The notes under the pieces are model-generated. The model saw only the letters and a program-made list of their open reading frames with translations, did not search any database and had not been told where the DNA came from. Shown here piece after piece: positions 22,018 through 32,378 of a stretch of DNA of 61,512 bases (positions are counted from its first letter, which is position 1; every line of letters starts with the position of its first letter). The position numbers and the translations under genes are program-made. Origin of the DNA: Oculatellaceae cyanobacterium bins.114 (GTDB lineage: Bacteria; Cyanobacteriota; Cyanobacteriia; Elainellales; Elainellaceae); contig JANRJA010000228.1 of NCBI GenBank assembly GCA_033764315.1, positions 1-61,512 on the forward strand, in the 5' to 3' direction.

Positions 22018-22233
22018 TGCGCCATTCCTTAAAATTCCAACTGTTGGCAAACCAGATTGTGTAATCTACTGGTCGCTGGATTATCATAGTAAATTCGATC
22101 TATCTCTCTATTCTCAAGATACAAGGGTTTCCAGGGACTCCAGTTGCCTTTGCTGTGGGAGAGGGCTAGGGTGAGGGTCAGCCTTGGCGGGAGTTTCAGA
22201 AAAGTTGCACTGATCGATCTAAATAGAGTTATG

Positions 22234-22274
22234 GGTAGTCCTTACTCAAAAATCATTACTTTTAGAGGACTACC
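22234..22274. repeat. 41-bp palindromic repeat, family E copy 1
   Basis: GGTAGTCCT...AGGACTACC; near-identical copy at 34408-34448. Confidence 0.8.
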
Positions 22275-22602
22275 GAGTTATACCTTGACAGTGTGATACA
22301 CTCCTTTGGCTTAGTCTTGGGAACGTTTAGGAGACGATAAAACTTGATACGTTGGGATACTCAAGCATGTTATGTACCTTGAAGTGTGGCGCAGACAACG
22401 TAGCTTGCAGAGCCTGTAGAAGCTAATGAGTTGCACATCGCGTTAATTTAAGAGATTCAATTCCAGAGCTATATCTGCTAAGAGAGTGGGTTCCAAGATA
22501 GTGAATCGGTTGCGTATACAGGTAACCTTTTTACAGAAGATGAGGGACAATCAACAGCTTTAAAACACAGTCCCATCTCTCACAAGTCAAAGTGCCTAAA
22601 CT

Positions 22603-23232
22603 ATGATCGACTACCTCCGCAACGGTGATGACATTTATCGCGCATCTTTTGCCATAATTCGAGCAGAAGCAGATCTGAGCCGTTTGCCTCATGACCTAAT
22701 GCCAGTAGCAGTGCGGCTCATCCATGCCTGTGGTATGACCGATATTGTAGACGATTTAGCTGCTTCTCCGGATGCTGTGACCATAGGACGCAATGCCTTA
22801 GCTACAGGGGCCGCAATTTTGTGTGATTCGCAAATGGTGGCAAATGGGATTACGCGCCAGCGATTACCTGCTGAGAATGAGGTCATCTGCACTCTCAATC
22901 AACCTGAAGTTGTAAAAATTGCTCAACGCCTTCAGACAACTCGATCAGCGGCTGCCCTTGAGTTGTGGCGATCGCGCCTGGAAGGGTCGGTCGTAGCCAT
23001 TGGCAATGCCCCCACTGCTTTATTTCATTTACTAGAACTGCTGGATGAAGGAGCCGCCAAACCTGCTCTGATCTTGGGTTTTCCAGTGGGGTTTGTAGGA
23101 GCCGCCGAATCGAAAGCTGAATTGGCAGCCAACAATCGCAGTGTCCCCTTTATCACCCTACAGGGGCGACGGGGTGGAAGTGCGATCGCTGCTGCTGCTG
23201 TCAATGCATTAGCCAGGGAGAGTGAATTATGA
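22603..23232 (+). CDS. cobH: Precorrin-8X methylmutase
   Basis: IYRASFAII, RLIHACG, IGNAPTAL, PVGFVGA, GRRGGS. Confidence 0.95.
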   Translation: MIDYLRNGDDIYRASFAIIRAEADLSRLPHDLMPVAVRLIHACGMTDIVDDLAASPDAVTIGRNALATGAAILCDSQMVANGITRQRLPAENEVICTLNQPEVVKIAQRLQTTRSAAALELWRSRLEGSVVAIGNAPTALFHLLELLDEGAAKPALILGFPVGFVGAAESKAELAANNRSVPFITLQGRRGGSAIAAAAVNALARESEL

Positions 23233-23930
23233 CGACTGGAAAACTGTATGGTGTGGGTATTGGGCCTGGTGATCCCGAATTGCTGACGTTGAAGGCACAC
23301 CGAATTTTGACCTCTGTTTCGGTGATTGCCTATCCCACTGGAGACAATGGCAAAAGTGTGGCACGGGCGATCGTGGCAGATTTTATTCGCCCGGATCAGG
23401 TTGAGATTCTAATGCCGATGCCATTTAGCGTAGAGCGATCGGCTCAGCCCTACTACGACACGGCTGCTGAACAAATTGCCGAGCATTTGAGTGCAGGTCG
23501 AGATGTTGCCGTGCTGTGTGAAGGAGAGCCAATGTTGTATGGCACGTTTATGTATTTGTTTCAACGTTTAGCAAAACAGTTCTCCACCGAAATCGTACCG
23601 GGAATCTCGTCTACACTGGCGAGTGCAGCTATGTTGGGTGCACCGTTGACCTTCCGCAATGATGTGCTGACTATCTTGCCTGCGACGTTAGATGCAGATA
23701 CATTGCGCGATCGCCTCAGGGGGACTGATGCCGCTGTAATCATCAAATTGGGCAGACACTTTGACAAAGTTCATACTGTTTTAAATCAATTGGGGTTGCT
23801 AAATCGTGCTTTTTACGTCGAACGAGCCACGCAACCCAGTCAGCGAATTTTGCCCATGACTGAGGTTGATCCAGAAACAGTTCCCTATTGGTCACTCGTT
23901 CTGATTCCCAGCCAAACCCAACCCCAGTAA
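23229..23930 (+). CDS. cobI: Precorrin-2 C20-methyltransferase
   Basis: GVGIGPGDPELLTLKA; ATGA overlap with cobH. Confidence 0.93.
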   Translation: MTTGKLYGVGIGPGDPELLTLKAHRILTSVSVIAYPTGDNGKSVARAIVADFIRPDQVEILMPMPFSVERSAQPYYDTAAEQIAEHLSAGRDVAVLCEGEPMLYGTFMYLFQRLAKQFSTEIVPGISSTLASAAMLGAPLTFRNDVLTILPATLDADTLRDRLRGTDAAVIIKLGRHFDKVHTVLNQLGLLNRAFYVERATQPSQRILPMTEVDPETVPYWSLVLIPSQTQPQ

Positions 23931-23935
23931 CAAGA

Positions 23936-24112
23936 CGCAAAACACCCTTACGAAGTCATGTGCAGCGAAGCCAATTCAAATTGGTATCATTGACGCGATG
24001 TGCAACTTAGAGGTTTAGATCCCCGGTTACTCGTTCAGCATCCTCAAAGGAGTCTGATTTGCGTCACAGCAACCGGGGATCTGGGAAAGTCGCACACGGG
24101 GTATCATTTATC
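23936..24112. repeat. Composite repeats: partial family A/D element (23936-23986) abutting MITE family B (23987-24112)
   Basis: First part matches about 61058-61107. Second part (AGATCCCCGG...CCGGGGATCT) matches 54072-54195 in reverse complement. Confidence 0.75.
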
Positions 24113-24219
24113 AATTGTCGTGGGTTTATCAATTGTCATGACTTAAGGGCTAACAACCAGCGACTAATAACCAATCCAAAACACACACGTCTAAATAACA
24201 CCCTTTTTATATTGAACGA

Positions 24220-25590
24220 ATGGCAGTTGTAATTGCAGGTGAACGCAGTGGTGTTGGTAAAACTACCATCACGCTGGCACTGTTGGCCGCATTGGGTCAG
24301 CGTGAGTCAGTGCGAGTGCAATCCTTTAAAACCGGGCCTGACTACATCGATCCGATGTTCCATCAATTTGTTACTGGACGTGCCTGTCGTAATCTCGACC
24401 CCATTCTCACTTCAGAAGCATATGTCGCCCAATGCTTTCAACGGCATTGCCAATCTGCTGACTTTGCCCTTGTAGAGGGGGTTATGGGATTATTCGATGG
24501 AGTCACAGGCAAAGATGATTGGGCGAGTACAGCCCACATTGCACGACTTCTGGGATTGCCCATTATTTTGGTCATTAATTGCAGTAGCACCTCCCGTTCT
24601 ATTGCCGCGATCGCCCACGGTTATACCACCTTTGACCCCCGATTGACCTTTGCCGGAGTCGTTTTAAATCGAGTTGGCAGCGATCGCCACTTAGAATTGC
24701 TTCAAGATGCCCTCAGACCCCTTAATCTGCCTATTCTGGGTGTGTTGCGACGGCAAGATGAGATTACTATTCCCGATCGCCACCTGGGGTTAATTCCCAC
24801 CGACGAACTGCCTGAACTGAGGACAGTCATCGCTCACCTCGCTCACCTCGGCAAAACCTGCTTCAACTGGGATATCCTCTTACCCTTGATGAGATCCCCT
24901 TCTTTCCCCTCTCCCCTGGCCGATGAGTTGACCGAACCCCACTTCACACCCCATTCCCCTATTCGCCTTGCCATTGCCCGCGATCGCGCCTTCAACTTTT
25001 ACTACGCTGATAATTTGGATCTGCTACAAACCGCAGGATTTGAGTTAGTCGAGTGGAGTCCAATGCACGATCGCACTCTTCCCGAAAACAGTCAGGGTCT
25101 TTATTTTGGCGGTGGCTTTCCAGAAGTGTTTGCGGCACTGTTGAGTGACAATCACGCCGCTCGTCAAGCTGTGAGAGCCGCGATCGCCGCAGGAATGCCC
25201 ACCTACGCCGAATGTGGTGGACTGATGTATCTGTGCGATCGCATTGTTGACTTTGCCGGAAAGACCTATCCTATGCTCGGAATCGTGCCCACAGAAGCTC
25301 ACATGGGAAAACGGCTAACCTTAGGCTATCGACAGGCGATCGCCCAACAATCAACCCCCTTATTGGCTAAAGGAGACATCCTTTGGGGGCACGAGTTTCA
25401 CCGCTCTAGTCTGACCACTGAACCAGAACAACCGCTGTTTGCCTTGCAAAACTACGAAGGTACATTGCATCAACTGGAGGGATGGCAGCGATCGCAGGTG
25501 CATGCTTCCTATTTACATGTGCACTTTGGTGGTAAACCCCAGTTCATTGAGCGTTTTCGTCAACAATGTCAGCAATATCAAGGTCAATAA
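24220..25590 (+). CDS. cobB: Cobyrinate a,c-diamide synthase
   Basis: SGVGKT, KTGPDYIDP, EGVMGLFDG, AECGGLMYL, GHEFH. Confidence 0.95.
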   Translation: MAVVIAGERSGVGKTTITLALLAALGQRESVRVQSFKTGPDYIDPMFHQFVTGRACRNLDPILTSEAYVAQCFQRHCQSADFALVEGVMGLFDGVTGKDDWASTAHIARLLGLPIILVINCSSTSRSIAAIAHGYTTFDPRLTFAGVVLNRVGSDRHLELLQDALRPLNLPILGVLRRQDEITIPDRHLGLIPTDELPELRTVIAHLAHLGKTCFNWDILLPLMRSPSFPSPLADELTEPHFTPHSPIRLAIARDRAFNFYYADNLDLLQTAGFELVEWSPMHDRTLPENSQGLYFGGGFPEVFAALLSDNHAARQAVRAAIAAGMPTYAECGGLMYLCDRIVDFAGKTYPMLGIVPTEAHMGKRLTLGYRQAIAQQSTPLLAKGDILWGHEFHRSSLTTEPEQPLFALQNYEGTLHQLEGWQRSQVHASYLHVHFGGKPQFIERFRQQCQQYQGQ

Positions 25591-25674
25591 ACTAGGTTTT
25601 GCAAGGCTTTGCAGGGGGCTTTCTAGGGGTTTGGTGTGAACCTCTCCAAAGCCTTAGCCCTAGCCGATCGCCCT

Positions 25675-26733
25675 TTAGTGAAGGGGCAGGGTGAGCGCAG
25701 TTACGATGCTCTGAACATCGAGAGGAGGGGTTGTATCCCCAAAATGCCCAATAAAGACCAATCGAGTTTGGCGAACTTCTGAGGGTTGCCAGGGGCGATC
25801 GTAGAAAGTATCAAAGCGATTGCCCACCCCTTGCACGACTAAACGCATCGCTTTGTTTGGAACGGCCACAAAGCCTTTAATTCGATAAATTTCGTGTTGT
25901 TGAACCAGAGATTGCAAGCGATCGATCAACTCTGTCGGGTCAAACATCTGGTCTAACGTCACGTGAATCGAGGTAATGTCGTCGTCATGCTCATGCTCTT
26001 CCTCGGTGTCATGGTGACTGGGACGAGACTCTAAATTGTCTTCAACGGCAGCGTTGAAGCCGAGCAGTAAGTCTGGGTTAACGTCTCCCTGTTTGCAGGG
26101 CACAATCTTAACGCCAATCGGGAGTTCTTGTTGCAACCATTGCTGAACTTTGTGTTGAGTTTTTAGATCAACCCGATCAATCTTCGTCAGCAACACCATA
26201 TCGGCACACGCCAACTGATCTTCAAACAATTCTTCGATCGGGGTTTCATGCTCTAAGCTGTCATCCGCTTGTCTCTGAGCTTCAAGGGCATCTAAGTCAC
26301 CCACAAATTGCCCATTGGCGAGAGCTTCACAATCTACCACCGTCACGACTCCGTCCACCGTTGCCCCTGTGCGAATTTCAGGCCAACGAAAAGCTTGTAC
26401 CAGGGGTTTGGGTAGAGCCAAGCCAGAGGTCTCAATCAAAATGCAGTCGATGCGATCGCGCCGTTTCAGCAACTCTTGCATCGTAGGCAAAAATTCTTCC
26501 TGCACGGTGCAACACAAGCATCCGTTGGTCAGTTCAACAATATTGCTATCGGGTGTGTCATCATCACACACTTGACAAGAGCGCAGCAAGTCTCCGTCAA
26601 TCCCCACTTCGCCAAACTCATTGACTAACACAGCAATGCGGCGACCTTGATTGTTTTGTAATAGATTACGAACCAGAGTTGTTTTTCCGGCTCCTAAAAA
26701 ACCTGTCACTACGGTTACTGGAATTTTATGCAT
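25675..26733 (-). CDS. cobW: Cobalamin biosynthesis GTPase CobW
   Basis: TGFLGAGKT, GCLCC, ETSGLALPKP, His-rich segment. Confidence 0.93.
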   Translation of the reverse strand: MHKIPVTVVTGFLGAGKTTLVRNLLQNNQGRRIAVLVNEFGEVGIDGDLLRSCQVCDDDTPDSNIVELTNGCLCCTVQEEFLPTMQELLKRRDRIDCILIETSGLALPKPLVQAFRWPEIRTGATVDGVVTVVDCEALANGQFVGDLDALEAQRQADDSLEHETPIEELFEDQLACADMVLLTKIDRVDLKTQHKVQQWLQQELPIGVKIVPCKQGDVNPDLLLGFNAAVEDNLESRPSHHDTEEEHEHDDDITSIHVTLDQMFDPTELIDRLQSLVQQHEIYRIKGFVAVPNKAMRLVVQGVGNRFDTFYDRPWQPSEVRQTRLVFIGHFGDTTPPLDVQSIVTALTLPLH

Positions 26734-26772
26734 AATTTTTACCTGATAGATTGCAGTTGATAATATGGATAT

Positions 26773-27177
26773 TTAACGGTCAATACCCAAGGCTGGAGCT
26801 GGATTGGGTATGGATGGCAACACAGCGTGGATCCCTTTTTTGACTGTCTCTGGACGCTCTTTATAAGGAACTTTGCCATCGGTACAGGCAATGTATTGCC
26901 TACTAAATTGCAACAATTCTGAAACAGAGTTTGTAGGGGAAAGTGCACTTAAAATAAACGTGAGTTTGCTAGGAGCCGCAAACGCTACTACACAGGAATG
27001 ACTGCAAGCACCCATACAGCGCACGGGTTGCAAATGAATCGATTCACGCCAATCACACGATTCTAGTCCTTCACTTAATTGATTAAACAGAGATTGTCCT
27101 GCACTAGATTCCGTTTGACTCTGATCGAGTTCTGAAGGACGGCAAAGCACACACACAAACAAAGTATGTTGGGTCAT
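26773..27177 (-). CDS. DUF1636 family metal-binding protein
   Basis: VCVLC...CMGACSHSC...G.VPYKERP. Confidence 0.85.
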   Translation of the reverse strand: MTQHTLFVCVLCRPSELDQSQTESSAGQSLFNQLSEGLESCDWRESIHLQPVRCMGACSHSCVVAFAAPSKLTFILSALSPTNSVSELLQFSRQYIACTDGKVPYKERPETVKKGIHAVLPSIPNPAPALGIDR

Positions 27178-27268
27178 AACAAGTACACAGTTTCAACAGG
27201 GATGTAGATCAGCAGGGATGTAGGTTTAGAAAAGAGCTAACAAATAAATGGCAACTAAATTAGTGGGC

Positions 27269-27724
27269 TCATGAGGGTCTCCTGGGGGTCGTTAAATCTG
27301 GTTGAAACTCTGTCCAGCGATGGTGCACCTGGTTGTAGCAGTCACCTGGAGAAATCGCCAGGTTTTGCAATAGGTTGAGATGGACACTTCCATTCCCTGT
27401 GACAAGTAGCACGATCGCCTGATCTGGGTCATAGGTGGCGATCGCCCCCAATAATGCAGTCACAGCCGTTTTCTCAAGTTCCAGTGCGGCCACATATTGA
27501 GCTACCTGTGCCTGTGGAATAAAGGTTTGATAAAAGGGAACGAGATCAATACTCCAATCAATGCCAGAGGTTACAGCATCAACCAAATCACAAACCACCA
27601 TGCCTCGTCCCTCACGGGTATATCCCATCCAGGCGGTGTATCCGATGCCTAACAAATGGTGATGGATAAAATAGTTTTGCCAGTAGCCAGAATAGCCCTG
27701 CCAGAGTTCATTTCGCAGCCGCAT
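27269..27724 (-). CDS. Hypothetical protein
   Basis: 151-aa ORF overlapping the methyltransferase stop; GRGMVV and YDP motifs. Confidence 0.7.
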   Translation of the reverse strand: MRLRNELWQGYSGYWQNYFIHHHLLGIGYTAWMGYTREGRGMVVCDLVDAVTSGIDWSIDLVPFYQTFIPQAQVAQYVAALELEKTAVTALLGAIATYDPDQAIVLLVTGNGSVHLNLLQNLAISPGDCYNQVHHRWTEFQPDLTTPRRPS

Positions 27725-28697
27725 TGACTTCCTCCCGCAATCCGTTTGTGGACTCTATCGGCTTTCGGACAGCACGAAACATGCCAAATCGACAAAGCCC
27801 AGTGCCAAACGCTAACCGCATCAACAACAGCGTCGGCACTTCTCGCAGCGATTTAATCAACCCTGATATCCCAAACCGCACCAATCCACTGGGTCGAGCC
27901 ACACCCTGCCAAATAGAGTCGAGCCAAGAGGGTAAAGTTTGGACAGTCCAGTCTGCGGTGGTCACGGTTCCGGCAACAAGTCCGGTTGCGGCCAACAGTT
28001 CGGCAAAGCCCTCAATGCTAGCAAATTCAGGGTGTGCCCACTGATCGAGCAATTGCCGCATCACAAGTCTCTCCCAACCATTGAGCGGTTTTTTACGAGC
28101 ATCTCTCTGGTTCCAATCAGCCACAACTAAAACACCACCAGGTTTCAACACCCGCATCAATTCTCTAGCAAAAACGGCTTTATCTGGCATATGAGGCCCC
28201 GCTTCAATCGACCAGACCACATCAAAACTGGCATCAGGAAACGATAGTGCCATCGCATCATCCACCTGAAAACGTACATTCAGTTCTTTAGGGGTTAGTT
28301 CTTGTGCTCTTCTAACCTGCTGGGGGCTAATCGTGATTCCAGTGACAACAAACCCATAATCTCGTGCCAGAATGCGGCTGCTGCCTCCAATACCACACCC
28401 CACATCTAACACAGAGTTGCCAGCAGGTAACGAGTCTAAGCCACCCCAACGCACCATCTCATGCACAAAATCTGATTTAGCCCCTAAAAAATCTTTGCGT
28501 CGAGGGGGAGAGCCATAATGACCCAGGTGAATATGATCCCCCCAATAAAACTCTAAAATGCCGTCATCTGTCCACTCATCATAGGAATTAGCCACCGAAT
28601 CAGAGGATTGATAACGACGGGCAGTGAGTAGATAGAGAGCAATGCTAATCAGCAGAAACGCCAGAAAAATTCCAAGTGCTGTAATAAATAGAGTCAT
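27708..28697 (-). CDS. MPBQ/MSBQ methyltransferase (Sll0418-like; tocopherol/plastoquinone pathway)
   Basis: YQSSDSVAN.YD.WT.DGILE.YWGDHIHLGHY, LDVGCGIGGS, EAGPHMPDK, GLCRFGMF closely resemble Synechocystis Sll0418. Confidence 0.88.
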   Translation of the reverse strand: MTLFITALGIFLAFLLISIALYLLTARRYQSSDSVANSYDEWTDDGILEFYWGDHIHLGHYGSPPRRKDFLGAKSDFVHEMVRWGGLDSLPAGNSVLDVGCGIGGSSRILARDYGFVVTGITISPQQVRRAQELTPKELNVRFQVDDAMALSFPDASFDVVWSIEAGPHMPDKAVFARELMRVLKPGGVLVVADWNQRDARKKPLNGWERLVMRQLLDQWAHPEFASIEGFAELLAATGLVAGTVTTADWTVQTLPSWLDSIWQGVARPSGLVRFGISGLIKSLREVPTLLLMRLAFGTGLCRFGMFRAVRKPIESTNGLREEVNAAAK

Positions 28698-28702
28698 GCC
28701 GA

Positions 28703-29854
28703 TTAAACCTCACCGCTTTTAACGATTGCATTTTCCATCGTCGGAGCCAGTTCTGGAGCCACGATGGATTGAGTTGCTTGAAAGCTAGCGATCGCCATTA
28801 AACGACTGGAGGCAGGATCCCACAAAATAAATTTGAAACAATCAGGAACATCCACCATTCTCAAAGTTCTAATGTGAGTCAGCAAATGAAGATTAGCCTT
28901 GTGGCAAGCTTCGAGATTGTAGTTAGGGATTCTTTCAGAAAGATGATGAATGTTGTGATAACCAATGTCTGCGGAAAACCATTTGAAGATTGTAGGTAAC
29001 TCTAGATAACTGCTGCCCTCGATCGCCCCCAACAAATAATCCCATCCTTCTGTCTTATGAGCATAGGAACTATCAAAGTTATGTTGCACAAAAAAGACGC
29101 AGATAAAGATCGCCGCAGAACCCGTTAAGGTGATTGCGTAAACGCTAAAGAAGAAACCAAAACCAAGCCAATAACCAAGCAAAAGCCAACTGCTGACAAC
29201 ACAAATGTTATTAAAAAGTAGATCCCAAAACTCGCCTGCTGTATACCAATTTCTAGATTTATAGGAAGCAATAATTTTGGGAAGCCCCATACCTGGATTA
29301 CGCTTTAAACAAGTGAATAAATGACCGATAAAATCATAGATTCCTTTAATTAAGGCAAGTCTTGGTTTAATAGCAAGATAGAAAAAACCACCTGGAAAAA
29401 TCATCAATGGATGTCTCAGCCATTCATATCGGTGTTGGGCTGATGCACTCAGATTGGCGAATTCGTCAGTTGAGAGCAAGGCAGAGGGACCTCGATATCG
29501 CTGCCAATCGCCATTGGTTCTGTGGTGATAGGCATGTCCTCGTGACCAGGGATATTGGGGGATGGCGTTGATTACACCTAAAAAGAAGCCGACAACCCGA
29601 TTAACCCGTCTTGAACGAAACAGGGAATAGTGTCCACAATCATGCATCAATGAAAAACAGCGGACTGAAAACAGTGTCATCAGAATCAGAATGGGTAGTA
29701 GCAGCCAAATTGAAATAGGGGCAATTTTGAAAGCTAAAACCCAACAAAGAATATAGGGAATCACTGTGTTGATAATTTGATATGTTGCTCGGAAGTCATT
29801 GCTCTTCATGTAGGGCGTGAGAACAAAATCCGACTTTTTAATCGTATTTTCCAT
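28703..29854 (-). CDS. Membrane fatty-acid desaturase
   Basis: His boxes HDCGH, HAYHH, HNIHH. Confidence 0.9.
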   Translation of the reverse strand: MENTIKKSDFVLTPYMKSNDFRATYQIINTVIPYILCWVLAFKIAPISIWLLLPILILMTLFSVRCFSLMHDCGHYSLFRSRRVNRVVGFFLGVINAIPQYPWSRGHAYHHRTNGDWQRYRGPSALLSTDEFANLSASAQHRYEWLRHPLMIFPGGFFYLAIKPRLALIKGIYDFIGHLFTCLKRNPGMGLPKIIASYKSRNWYTAGEFWDLLFNNICVVSSWLLLGYWLGFGFFFSVYAITLTGSAAIFICVFFVQHNFDSSYAHKTEGWDYLLGAIEGSSYLELPTIFKWFSADIGYHNIHHLSERIPNYNLEACHKANLHLLTHIRTLRMVDVPDCFKFILWDPASSRLMAIASFQATQSIVAPELAPTMENAIVKSGEV

Positions 29855-30019
29855 TCAGTAAAGTCTCTTATAAAGAATCTCAACGTAATCACTCTTGCTT
29901 CTGTTTAATCTCCTATTAGAGGCTTTTAGCTAACTCAAATAAAGCTGCCTTGATGGAATGATTTACCTTGTCGCCAGTACAACTGACTAAACAAGGTAGA
30001 GGCTAAGTTCCGCAGGGGC

Positions 30020-30186
30020 GATGTTTGTTAACACCTTGATGTTTGTTAGCACCTTGATGTTTGTTAGCACCTTGGAAATAGTTCAACTTAGATCTCACTT
30101 AAAATCTTGCAAAATCAAACGTGAGGTTAAACTTTTCCACTTATTTGCTCACCTGTAGTTGCTCACCTATACTTGTTTACCTATAG
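30020..30186. repeat. Short tandem repeats in the riboswitch leader: 3 x 18 bp (30020-30073) and 3 x 14 bp (30145-30186)
   Basis: GATGTTTGTTARCACCTT x3; TTGYTYACCTRTAS x3. Confidence 0.85.
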
Positions 30187-30460
30187 ATATTCGTCTATAG
30201 AGCATGGTTTTGGTAGACCATAAAAAGTTAGATAGCCGCACCATACCTCATCATACGCATTACCTCACGTAACCTTTTGCTTTACGTAATAATCAGGCTG
30301 CTGCGTAGAGGCTAATGACACGACCAGCGAAAATTGGGCGATTTTGAATCGGCGGGTGGTTTTGAATCGGGTACTCTTGCCACCCCTAGCTTGTCGTTAA
30401 CCCACAAAAAACACTTAGACACAATCTGTACCTCGCAGATATTGAGTGAACATAGATTAC

Positions 30461-30582
30461 GGTCGGCGGGCATCCTGACTTAGAAAGCAATAGCTCCCAT
30501 TACAGTTGCGGGACAGTGCCGGATTTACACCAGACTTTCCCCCTTGCGTTTGATGGCTGCTCCCCATCAAAACCGATATCAC
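30461..30582 (-). ncRNA. Cobalamin (B12) riboswitch
   Basis: Minus strand reads GGGGAAAGTCTGGTGTAAATCCGGCACTGTCCCGCAACTGTAA...AAGTCAGGATGCCCGCCG, the B12-element core and B12 box. Confidence 0.92.
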
Positions 30583-30776
30583 CCTAAAGAATAGCACGGC
30601 ATCACCCTAAACCTGTCATTTGTAGGTAGAAAAAGCGATCGCCCACTGCCTATCTTCCAATCTCTATCTTTTGTTTAGCCCCTCTTTAACTTATGAAAGA
30701 TGTTAAACCGTTTGCACTTGCGTAACCTGAATTGAGCGTGAAAGTGATTGTCAAATAATAAAAAAAGGAAACGCGA

Positions 30777-31334
30777 ATGCCAGATGATGCATTGAGAAAA
30801 AATTTACCAGAGATCGATCCAACAGAAATCGAAGACTCAAGAGTGGCGATCGCTGATAAGGATCGTTCTTTTTTGGAGAAAGTCATGGTCGAAGGGAGAT
30901 TTGCTGATCCTTATGACGCCAGAGACTTTACAGAAGTTGTATTTCGGGTGATGCGAGACTTGATGAGCACTGAAGCAGCTGATCGAGTTGAAGGGGAACT
31001 GCATGAGGAAGCACTGCCCACTAAAGAAAAGGCTTTGCAAATGGAAGTGGCTGATTTGTGGAGAGACACCAATCCGCTGGTGAATTTTTTGAGCCGAGTG
31101 CGTCCACCCTGGCAAGGTCCTGGCATCTTTAAGATTGACTCCGATCGCTTCTTCTTTAGAGTGGCTAATGAAGGTGGACTTGAGCGAGGATTTGAGAACA
31201 AGGATGCCAAGCGTAAGCAAGCGGTTAGAGCCGTCTTTGCAGCTACCAAAAAGGAACTCTCTGCCGAGAGAATCCAGGAAATTGCCAGTTGGTTACCCGA
31301 AGGCGGAGTTCGAGAACTCTGGGATGAAGCCTAG
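30777..31334 (+). CDS. DUF2267-like protein
   Basis: FLEKVM...EVVFRVMRD...[13 protein letters not shown]...VRELW. Confidence 0.75.
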   Translation: MPDDALRKNLPEIDPTEIEDSRVAIADKDRSFLEKVMVEGRFADPYDARDFTEVVFRVMRDLMSTEAADRVEGELHEEALPTKEKALQMEVADLWRDTNPLVNFLSRVRPPWQGPGIFKIDSDRFFFRVANEGGLERGFENKDAKRKQAVRAVFAATKKELSAERIQEIASWLPEGGVRELWDEA

Positions 31335-31441
31335 TTCGACAAAAATCAAGGCTAGGAAACAACCCAAAACCTCTTATATAAGCAATCCGCTCATCTCACA
31401 ACTGATTTAGGACGGCTTGATTTAGGACGGTTATTAGAATC

Positions 31442-31478
31442 AAAGGCAGAAGGTCAGCCAAGAGCTACTTCTGCCTTT
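31442..31478. terminator. Putative bidirectional terminator
   Basis: AAAGGCAGAAG...CTTCTGCCTTT hairpin between convergent genes. Confidence 0.55.
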
Positions 31479-31553
31479 ATGTTTGCTCCTTACTCTTCAA
31501 AGAGGACAGTGGTTAAAAAAGATAGCCTCCTATGCCTTACACAACAATGGCTA

Positions 31554-32378
31554 TTAGCGCGAAATGGCTCCAGCTTTCCGCAAATCTGGATAGGGTTTTT
31601 GTGGAGTGCGAGGCAATGGTGCAGCCAGTAACAAGATCTTCTCCATTAGCAGGGGCGCAATTCGATTGCACCAAACCGCTAAATGGCTTTGCCACCCCAC
31701 CAAGATCTCATTTGATCCTCGTATTAACCCATTCATTAACGCCTGTGCCACCTGTTGAGAAGAAACAGGAATAATCCACCGAAACCACTGCAAATGCCGC
31801 ACCATATCCGTATCGGTTAACGTTGGTAACAGCGTAATCACCTTGACATTATGAGCTGCCAGTTCACCTCGCAATGCTTGAGAAAATCCGAGAATTGCAA
31901 ATTTAGTAGCGGAGTAAGTTGCCATCGTTGGAGCTGCTAATTTGCCCATTAAACTAGACACATTCACGATCGCCCCTTCTCGTTGAGCCACCATACGGCG
32001 AGCAATCAAACGAGTGATGGTGTACATACCGATCAAGTTTGTGGCGATCTCTTCTTGCACCTGAGGCAGACGAGTGTGTAAAAAAGTGGCTTGATGAGCA
32101 ACTCCGGCACAATTGACCAAGATGTGAAAGGGGCCATGATCTCGCCAAGCTTGAGCAACCGCAATACTGACTTCGATCGGTTGACTGAGATCAATGGCTA
32201 ACGTAACAGCTTCTACATTCAGCGATCTAATTTCATCAGCGACCTCTGTCAATCGCTGTTGATCACGAGCGACTAGCAGTAGCCGTTTGACTCCCTGTTG
32301 GGCAAATTCCAGGGCGATCGCCCGCCCGATTCCACGAGAAGCTCCAGTAATAAGAGCGGTCTTTCCTTGAATATCCAT
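31554..32378 (-). CDS. Short-chain dehydrogenase/reductase
   Basis: TGASRGIG, NCAG, YSATK; GGAGG before ATG 32378. Confidence 0.92.
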   Translation of the reverse strand: MDIQGKTALITGASRGIGRAIALEFAQQGVKRLLLVARDQQRLTEVADEIRSLNVEAVTLAIDLSQPIEVSIAVAQAWRDHGPFHILVNCAGVAHQATFLHTRLPQVQEEIATNLIGMYTITRLIARRMVAQREGAIVNVSSLMGKLAAPTMATYSATKFAILGFSQALRGELAAHNVKVITLLPTLTDTDMVRHLQWFRWIIPVSSQQVAQALMNGLIRGSNEILVGWQSHLAVWCNRIAPLLMEKILLLAAPLPRTPQKPYPDLRKAGAISR

